Source: Nitrospirae bacterium MYbin3 (GTDB taxonomy: Bacteria > Nitrospirota > Thermodesulfovibrionia > Thermodesulfovibrionales > Dissulfurispiraceae). From it: a DNA stretch of 64,000 nt. Each line of letters opens with the position of its first letter. The stretch's first letter is position 1. The position numbers and the translations under genes are program-made. Location: the NCBI GenBank assembly GCA_002753335.1, contig PEAD01000003.1, positions 62,001 to 126,000 on the forward strand, read 5' to 3'. A model generated the notes under the pieces. The model saw only the letters and a list, made by a program, of their open reading frames with translations. It made no database searches and was not told where the DNA came from. This document shows, one piece after another, positions 19,320 to 26,940 of the stretch.

Positions 19320-22313
19320 ATGCTGGAAAATATACTAAAAAAGACAAGGGATGTGGATAGAAAATCAAGCCTCTTTGCATTGTTGCTGCTCGTGTTGGCG
19401 GCAGCTATTGCGGTAAGCAGCGTAGCTGAGGCTGCCTTGTCGGTAACAAATGCGCCTTCTATCTCTACACAATCTTATGGAAACCCGGTAAGAATTGCTA
19501 AAGACAAAGCAGGTCTTATATATGTAACAATCCCAAGATCAGGTAAGGTATTAATATATTCCCAGAATGGAGCGCTTTACAATTTAATAGAGAGTTCTTT
19601 TAGCAAGCCCCTGTCGATCGCAATTGACAATCAAAATAGAATATATGTTGGCGATGAAGCAGACGGCAGTGTAACGGTTATTGATTCCACCGGTAAATTT
19701 CTTTTTAAATTAGGTGTAGGTAATGGCGAGTTTGGGTTGCCGAACGATATAGCTATTTCATCCAGTGGCAATGCTTATGTTGTTGACAGTAAAAACAACA
19801 CCGTAAAGATGTATTCAAAAGAAGGGCAGTACTTGGGTGTGTTCGGTGGCATTGGTTCAGCTGAAGGTAAGTTTAATTTCCCAACAGGTATTGCAATAGA
19901 TGATACAAAGGGTGAGGTTGACGGAAGTGTTTATGTTGTTGACTTTAATAATGCAAGGGTTCAGATGTTTGATTTAAGTGGATCCTTTAAGAAGAGCTTT
20001 GGAAGTTTTGGAGACGCGGTTGGTCAGTTTGCAAGGCCTCAGGGAATTGCTGTTGCAGAGGGTTATGTTTTTGTAACTGATGCTTACAACGCAAAGGTTC
20101 AGGTTTACGACACGGCAGGAAACTATCAGAATAATGATATCGGTTCTTTTGGGACCGCTGTCGGAAACCTGAAGGTTCCTATGGATATAGTAAAGATCGG
20201 AACTAAGATTTATGTAACAAATTCGGACAACGCAAGAATAGAGGTATTTGAAGTAAAAGATCCTAATGGCCTTACAATAACACCGGCATCGGTTGTTTTA
20301 GATTACGTTATAGGTAAGGATTTTGCTATTTCAAGCAACGCTAATGTTGAGGCGCAGGGAACGACAGCGCTTTCGTGGACCGCAAGGTCAGATGTTGATT
20401 GGCTTACCTTTCCAGCTTCTGGCGATACCACTCAATCAGGTGTGCAGGTTTCTTTAAATCAGAATATAACCAACCTTGCAGAAGGTGTATATACAGGCAG
20501 AGTAATGTTTCAGGCTCAGAATGGATCTGATTATGTTTTGACCGTTACCGCAAATGTTAAGCAGAAATATGATCTCAGTGTATCTCCGGCAGCTTTAAGT
20601 ATCGCTTACAATCAGAATCTTGCATCAACAGCCAAGACATTGAATATTAGCGCAGGCAACGGAAAGCTTACATGGACAGCCGTATCAAGCGTTAACTGGT
20701 TGGATGTTGCCGCATCAGGCACAACTCCGGTTGCTATCCAAGCTGTGCTTAATAATAATGCAGACTATCTTGCAGCGGGTGTTCATTCAGCATTTGTCAC
20801 CATTAATGCTCCCGATGCATCCAACAGTTCAGTAACAATTCCGGTAACGCTGACAGTAAAGAAAATAGCGGTATCTTCCGAAAGCATAAGTGTAACCCAC
20901 AAAAAAGGCAGTGCGCTTGAAACTGTATCGGTTGCGATTTCGGGTGGTGTTAATTGGGTAGCATCCAAGGACGCCTCTAACTGGTTCTCGATTGCTCAGA
21001 CAGCAAGCGGTGTTGTTATGTCTCTTAATCAGTCGGTTGAGCAGATGGGTGGTGTATCTAATGGGTCAATAACAATTACGGTTGCTGATGGCTCTGCAGC
21101 AAACAGCCCGTTGGTTGTTCCTGTTTCGGTAAGCTCGATAAGCGCAGGCAAGATAGTGGTATCTTCTAATATTGATCAGTCTGTATTTAGCATAAGCGGT
21201 CCAGCAACACTTAGCGGCGCAGGAAAGGCTTGGGTAAAAGATGAAGCTGTTCCGGGCATATATACAATTACATTTAATAATATTCGCGGATACAGAAAAC
21301 CTGCTACAAAGACTTTTGAGGTATTCAGCGGAAACACAGTTACCCTTAATGGTTCTTACAAGCAGAATGCAGTTGCTAATGTTGTTGCGGTCACTCAGGG
21401 GCCGGGATCGCGGAACGATGCTAATGTTAGGCTTTTGGACTTAAACGGCAATCTTATAAATGAGTTCAGGGCTTTCAGTTCTAAATACGGAGCAAAAGTT
21501 GCTATGGGTGATGTTGACGGCGACGGATCATCAGAGATAGTTGTCGGCAGCGGTGCAGGTTCGGATATAGATGCGGCCGTTAAGGTGTTCAAGTACAACG
21601 GCTCGCTGATGGCTTCCATAGGTGCTATCGCAAATACCTCTTACGGCGCAAACGTAGCCGTGGGTGATATTGACGGTGACGGTACAAGCGAAATTGCGGT
21701 AAGCACGCTAGATGATGTGTTGAAAACGAATAAAGTTTCGATTTACTCGTATGACATTAGTAACAGACTTGTTGAGAAGGGATCAGTAACTATTGCTGAT
21801 GGCAGCAAATATCCTGCTAATATCGCATTTGGTGATGTGAACAATGACGGCAGGCTTGAGCTGATTGTTGTGGGGTCTAAGAATATCAGCACATATACTG
21901 TTAATGGCAGCGTTGTTGAACTTTACAACACTGTAGCATTGACCGTAAGCAGCGGCTTAGATTATGCTGCACAGATGACAATCAGTGCTGGTGATGTGAA
22001 TGGTGACGGGATGGATGAAATTCTTTTAGGATATGTTGATAATAATGATTCGGTAGTCGGCGTTTATAGCGGCAATATGTCAAGCTTTATGTATGCAGTA
22101 AATGTTTTTGCAAACGGCAAATCAGCGCCTTCCATATCTTGCATGGATTGGAGCGGCGAAGGCATAATGGAAATAATAGCGGGTCAGGGTGCAGCTTCTG
22201 ACGGAAGGTCGGCAGCTAGAATATTCGGTTCAGACGGTTCGCTGGTAAAAGAGATAAATGCCTTTAGGGCATCTAAATATGGCGTGAATGCAGCGTTCGG
22301 AGTTATAAAGTGA
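19320..22313 (+). CDS. Secreted NHL beta-propeller / BACON-like Ig repeats / PEGA-like / FG-GAP repeat protein
   Basis: Signal peptide; about six NHL repeats (F..P.GIAV..D..N.RVQ.F); W.A.S.V.WL BACON-like repeats; GDVDGDG/GDVNGDG FG-GAP motifs. Confidence 0.82.
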   Translation: MLENILKKTRDVDRKSSLFALLLLVLAAAIAVSSVAEAALSVTNAPSISTQSYGNPVRIAKDKAGLIYVTIPRSGKVLIYSQNGALYNLIESSFSKPLSIAIDNQNRIYVGDEADGSVTVIDSTGKFLFKLGVGNGEFGLPNDIAISSSGNAYVVDSKNNTVKMYSKEGQYLGVFGGIGSAEGKFNFPTGIAIDDTKGEVDGSVYVVDFNNARVQMFDLSGSFKKSFGSFGDAVGQFARPQGIAVAEGYVFVTDAYNAKVQVYDTAGNYQNNDIGSFGTAVGNLKVPMDIVKIGTKIYVTNSDNARIEVFEVKDPNGLTITPASVVLDYVIGKDFAISSNANVEAQGTTALSWTARSDVDWLTFPASGDTTQSGVQVSLNQNITNLAEGVYTGRVMFQAQNGSDYVLTVTANVKQKYDLSVSPAALSIAYNQNLASTAKTLNISAGNGKLTWTAVSSVNWLDVAASGTTPVAIQAVLNNNADYLAAGVHSAFVTINAPDASNSSVTIPVTLTVKKIAVSSESISVTHKKGSALETVSVAISGGVNWVASKDASNWFSIAQTASGVVMSLNQSVEQMGGVSNGSITITVADGSAANSPLVVPVSVSSISAGKIVVSSNIDQSVFSISGPATLSGAGKAWVKDEAVPGIYTITFNNIRGYRKPATKTFEVFSGNTVTLNGSYKQNAVANVVAVTQGPGSRNDANVRLLDLNGNLINEFRAFSSKYGAKVAMGDVDGDGSSEIVVGSGAGSDIDAAVKVFKYNGSLMASIGAIANTSYGANVAVGDIDGDGTSEIAVSTLDDVLKTNKVSIYSYDISNRLVEKGSVTIADGSKYPANIAFGDVNNDGRLELIVVGSKNISTYTVNGSVVELYNTVALTVSSGLDYAAQMTISAGDVNGDGMDEILLGYVDNNDSVVGVYSGNMSSFMYAVNVFANGKSAPSISCMDWSGEGIMEIIAGQGAASDGRSAARIFGSDGSLVKEINAFRASKYGVNAAFGVIK

Positions 22314-22330
22314 AAGGGAGGAGGATAGTC

Positions 22331-23434
22331 ATGCCGGCAATATTAAGATATAGTTTGGTTGCGATTTTTATGTTGGGGTTGCTGTTGGTTCCTTTCACAA
22401 AGACTTCAATGTCTATTGAGACCATGCCTCCTCATAGCCCTGAGCTGAACAACAGCATCACATGCGCTTCTTGCCATACGTTTAGTGATGCACTGGGCCC
22501 AAGCAGCACAAAATATGCAAATGACAACCTTTGTCTAAGCTGTCATAAGTCGGGAGGGCTGGCTTCAGCTTCGCCTTTTACTTCTAGCGATCAGGCAAAA
22601 CCGGGCATTGACAACGGAACATCTCACAGTTGGAGCGGGACGATGCCGGCTGCTGATAACACTAGTAATCAGTATGGATTAAGATCCGCTGCGAGCTTAA
22701 CACTAAATAAAGATACTCGCAGAGGAACTACACCGTTAAAAACCTCACTGACAAAATTCGGTGGTACTGTGGCTTGCTCTACATGCCACAATATACATAC
22801 TCACTGGGGCAGCACATGGGATCAGGGCCATGAAACTAAAGGCACAGCAACATCGGGTAGCACCACTACTTTAACCGATAGTTCTAAGAACTGGGCAACT
22901 AATCAGTTTGCAGACAATAAAACCTATTTGGTTTTTAGTGCAGTATATGGAGGGCTAAACGGAGGTCAGTACCGTTTAATTACGTCCAATACATCTACGA
23001 CATTGACTGTTGCGGCTTTCGGCAATACAATACCTGCCGGTGCAAAGTATTTCATATCTAAAAACAGACGTTTTCTCAGGGTTGACAATGCTGCAAACGA
23101 AATGTGTAATGACTGTCATTACTACAGGACAGCCGCCAGCGGTCAGGCTACCCAGACTAATGTTAGGACATGGAACAACGGATTGAAAAAGAGTCATCCT
23201 GTGAGTGTTCCTTTGGTAGGCGGTACTACATATAATTCGGTTCCACTTGAGCCTGCAGCTGCAAGCTTTGCTGCGCAAACTGGATCAAGGTATGCAAGCA
23301 ATGGTGGCACTGATAATAACACGTCAAACAACATGGTTTTTGATAATTCAACAGGAACTCCGAAAATCAGCTGTATGACATGCCATAAAGTGCATTTCGC
23401 AGACTCGGATTCGGCAACTAATGACGCTCCATAG
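22331..23434 (+). CDS. Secreted pentaheme cytochrome c (doubled-CxxCH type) with inserted beta domain
   Basis: Five CxxCH (CASCH, CLSCH, CSTCH, CNDCH, CMTCH); signal peptide; RBS GGAGGA before ATG 22331. Confidence 0.9.
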   Translation: MPAILRYSLVAIFMLGLLLVPFTKTSMSIETMPPHSPELNNSITCASCHTFSDALGPSSTKYANDNLCLSCHKSGGLASASPFTSSDQAKPGIDNGTSHSWSGTMPAADNTSNQYGLRSAASLTLNKDTRRGTTPLKTSLTKFGGTVACSTCHNIHTHWGSTWDQGHETKGTATSGSTTTLTDSSKNWATNQFADNKTYLVFSAVYGGLNGGQYRLITSNTSTTLTVAAFGNTIPAGAKYFISKNRRFLRVDNAANEMCNDCHYYRTAASGQATQTNVRTWNNGLKKSHPVSVPLVGGTTYNSVPLEPAAASFAAQTGSRYASNGGTDNNTSNNMVFDNSTGTPKISCMTCHKVHFADSDSATNDAP

Positions 23435-23467
23435 TATGAAACATATAAAATGCTCAAGGGGGAAAAT

Positions 23468-26400
23468 ATGAGTTACAAGATATCATCGAAGCTTACAGCA
23501 GTATGCGCACTAATAAGCTTCCTCCTGATTTCATATTCCATTACAAAGGCGGCCATCGGCGTCGGTGATGGTAATCTTTTGCGGCGCTCGCAAGAGGAAA
23601 CCTGTCATGCGTGCCACAAAACCGACCAGAATGCCCCCAACGATAACAGCTCAATAAAGACCCACAGCTCCGAATGGGCAGGCAGCTGTGATAACACTTC
23701 ATTTATAAGAAAAAGTGCTTGTATTAGTGCTGGGAAAGTATGGACTCAGAAATGGACCGGTTGGGGTGATAACACGACCGCAAAGTATGGAAAGATTGTA
23801 TGTACAACATGCCATACAGCGCATGATACATCAAATATATATCTTATAAAAGAAAACATCACTTCCCCCAAAGTTGGTGATAACTTTCCGGGGTCAGCAG
23901 TTGATTTCAGGGTTCTGACAGGTGTTGCAGGTACAACATTAGGTACTATGGGCGATGACAACATAACACATACAACGTCAACAAGGGTTTGCGAAGTTTG
24001 TCACACACAAACTAAATATCATAATTATAACAGGGCATCAAATATTGACAACTCACATAATAACGCAACTAACTGCGCTACATGTCATCAGCATAGCAGA
24101 GGTTTTGCAGCAGGCGGTGCATGTAATTCATGTCACGGTTCATCCGGTTCGACCGGAGCGCCGCTTATAGCAGGCGATTTGGTTACCGGCGGCAATGCAA
24201 CTGGATCAACAAACTATGGCAAACATCAAAAGCATGCTGCAGATCTAAACATTGCGTGCGATGTATGTCACGGCGCTTATGTTATGCCGGAAAATACAAC
24301 ACATGCTATTGACATTGGCTTCAGCGGCAATGCAGTAATAGGGGCAGTTGTTCCTTATTATAATGGTCAGACCACCGTTACTAATTATACCTATCGCTCA
24401 AATTCTGCGACGACAGGCAAAGACGGGTCGATGAATTGTACAGGAATATATTGTCATAGTAACGCACAAGGTGCTAATGGGTCTGGCACTCCAAGTTCAT
24501 TTGGAACGCCCTCATTTAGTTCAGCATCAGCCGCAATGACATGTGCTAGCTGTCATAAGGATATGAAAACAGATGCGACGCCAACAGGTAGTCATAAAAA
24601 ACATGCTAACGCATCTACTGGATATAATATGAGTTGCAGTGTTTGTCATACAGGCTACACAGATAATTCGACTAATGCATCTACTCACGTTGACAAAAGC
24701 ATAAATGTTGCCATTAATGCAACTTACGGTGGAACATACGCGGGCACATCGACACTGGGAGACGGTTATTCAACATGTTCGTCAGTCTATTGCCATTCCA
24801 ATGGTACTAATTTTGTTACTCCTGGAACACCAAATATCGCTCCAACATGGGGCAATACTTTAGTTTGTAATGGATGTCATGGCGATAACAGTAGCACTAG
24901 TGGTATGCCAAATTACACATCAGGTTCGCCTAAGGCCAATAGCCATTATGTTCATGTTGTTACTAGGTCGATGGGTTGTCAAAACTGCCATGCGGATACA
25001 ACAACAAGTGGTACTGCAATCGATAACAAAACAGCACATACAAATAAAGCCTACAACATAAATCCTACAGGTACTTATAATAGTCAGGCAGTCACTTTTG
25101 TTAAGAATGGCAATACTTCGCCGGTTTCTTGTAACACCATTAGCTGTCACGGCGGTCATGCTGCTGCATCAGTAACATGGGGTGTTTCTCCTTCATGTAA
25201 TAACTGTCATGGCGCTAGCAACAATGGTGATTTAAGTGGAAATCATGCAAAACATTATAATAGCGCAACACCAGCAACATCTCATACTGGAGCAGATAAC
25301 CATACCGGAAGTGGCTATGTTTTTGGTTGTGTGAATTGTCATCCGTCTGCAACCCATATTTCGGGTCCTGTATCAAATAATATTCAGGATGCGGAAGTAA
25401 ACGGAACAAAGCAGACTTCTGTTAACTATACTGCCGTACCGGCAAGCACAGCGACAGACGCTAAGGGTTTCCATTACACGCCAGGCACATGCTCCAACGT
25501 TTGCCATACAAAGGATGGCGTAACACTTGGTTCGGCCATTACAGCTACTCCTGCATGGAACGGCACGAATGCTCTAGGTTGCGGTTACTGTCATAGCAAA
25601 GCTGGAGATGGATCACCGACTTGGTCTTCGTCACACACTCCGCATATGTCTCAGGCAAATGTAACCTGTAACTATTGTCACAAGGCTACAGCCGATAACA
25701 ACACAACTGTCAGCAACCGTTCAAATCACCCGAATCAGAACGTGACGATTAACTTTAATGCATCAGCAGCTTCCAATGCAGCGGCTACATATAAAGGCAA
25801 TACTGCAGGCGGAGCCACTGTATATCAAACCACTGCTGGTACTTTTGGAACATGTGCGACCACAACATGCCACGGCGCATCATCACCGACATGGGGAACT
25901 GCCACAAGCAACGATACCTGCACAAAATGTCACGGTACTGGGACCGTTACGGTTAATGCCGCAAACAAGTATGTTATAGCGCCACCTAGAAATCTTGCAG
26001 GCGATAATGGAACAGCAACAGGCACCGGTCAGGTAAGCAATGATGCAAAGGTTGGGGCGCACCAGACACATCTGCGGTTGCTGAATGGTTTAAGGCTAGA
26101 TAACGAGACAATTGAGCAGCGTTGCGAATATTGCCACGGAACATTGCCTGTAAGCGGTATGCATGCAAACGGCAGCTCAACACCAGCATTCCAAGGCCTT
26201 GCAACCAAAAACGGGGCAATGTCAGCATCATACGCTAGCTCGACATGCTCGAACACCTATTGTCACAACCCAGCAGGGACGGGCGGAACACTTGCTTCAG
26301 GTAATGCCGGCACAGGTATTGCTCCTAGATGGGACAATGCATCTTATATAGCAGACGGTACGCTTAAGACAGAGGCTAACTGCAATGTTTGCCACAAGTC

Positions 26401-26929
26401 ACCCGGTACAGTTGCCGGTACCATAACAATTGCGGGAACAGACCACGCAAGTGTAGCAATTGGAGATAATTGCGCTGGATGCCATGGTCATAATGGTGAT
26501 ACAGCAGGTTCAGTAGGTCAGAGGCATATGGATGGCATTAAGTATGGTGCTGGGTCGTGTAATTCTTGCCACTGGTTTGACAATGCTACCGATGCAACTG
26601 CATGGACTACTACAAAGGGTTCCAGCGGGTTGCTTACAAACACTGCTTCGGCATGGGGCGCTCATAATAAGCATATTAACCATCTTAAGACGCGCTATGG
26701 TGTGTCGTGGACTAAAGATAATGTCACCTATGGTTCAGGAAGTTATAACTTGGTTTGCGGTGTTTGCCATACGCAGACTGGCTCTGAACATATGGTGGGT
26801 GCACGCAATATTAACTTTAATGACAGTACAGCACACCAGTTTGGTCTAAGTAAACCTATCTTTGACAATGTAACAACGCGAACTTGTTCTAATCTCGATT
26901 GCCATTTCAAGGCATCGCCAGTGTGGTAA
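23468..26929 (+). CDS. Large secreted CxxxxCH/CxxCH multiheme cytochrome c (about 27 hemes)
   Basis: Hand count: 20 CxxCH, 6 CX4CH, 1 CX3CH; Geobacter-type CxxxxCH...P.W...CxxCH repeats; signal peptide. Confidence 0.92.
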   Translation: MSYKISSKLTAVCALISFLLISYSITKAAIGVGDGNLLRRSQEETCHACHKTDQNAPNDNSSIKTHSSEWAGSCDNTSFIRKSACISAGKVWTQKWTGWGDNTTAKYGKIVCTTCHTAHDTSNIYLIKENITSPKVGDNFPGSAVDFRVLTGVAGTTLGTMGDDNITHTTSTRVCEVCHTQTKYHNYNRASNIDNSHNNATNCATCHQHSRGFAAGGACNSCHGSSGSTGAPLIAGDLVTGGNATGSTNYGKHQKHAADLNIACDVCHGAYVMPENTTHAIDIGFSGNAVIGAVVPYYNGQTTVTNYTYRSNSATTGKDGSMNCTGIYCHSNAQGANGSGTPSSFGTPSFSSASAAMTCASCHKDMKTDATPTGSHKKHANASTGYNMSCSVCHTGYTDNSTNASTHVDKSINVAINATYGGTYAGTSTLGDGYSTCSSVYCHSNGTNFVTPGTPNIAPTWGNTLVCNGCHGDNSSTSGMPNYTSGSPKANSHYVHVVTRSMGCQNCHADTTTSGTAIDNKTAHTNKAYNINPTGTYNSQAVTFVKNGNTSPVSCNTISCHGGHAAASVTWGVSPSCNNCHGASNNGDLSGNHAKHYNSATPATSHTGADNHTGSGYVFGCVNCHPSATHISGPVSNNIQDAEVNGTKQTSVNYTAVPASTATDAKGFHYTPGTCSNVCHTKDGVTLGSAITATPAWNGTNALGCGYCHSKAGDGSPTWSSSHTPHMSQANVTCNYCHKATADNNTTVSNRSNHPNQNVTINFNASAASNAAATYKGNTAGGATVYQTTAGTFGTCATTTCHGASSPTWGTATSNDTCTKCHGTGTVTVNAANKYVIAPPRNLAGDNGTATGTGQVSNDAKVGAHQTHLRLLNGLRLDNETIEQRCEYCHGTLPVSGMHANGSSTPAFQGLATKNGAMSASYASSTCSNTYCHNPAGTGGTLASGNAGTGIAPRWDNASYIADGTLKTEANCNVCHKSPGTVAGTITIAGTDHASVAIGDNCAGCHGHNGDTAGSVGQRHMDGIKYGAGSCNSCHWFDNATDATAWTTTKGSSGLLTNTASAWGAHNKHINHLKTRYGVSWTKDNVTYGSGSYNLVCGVCHTQTGSEHMVGARNINFNDSTAHQFGLSKPIFDNVTTRTCSNLDCHFKASPVW

Positions 26930-26940
26930 GGGGGATGGAT

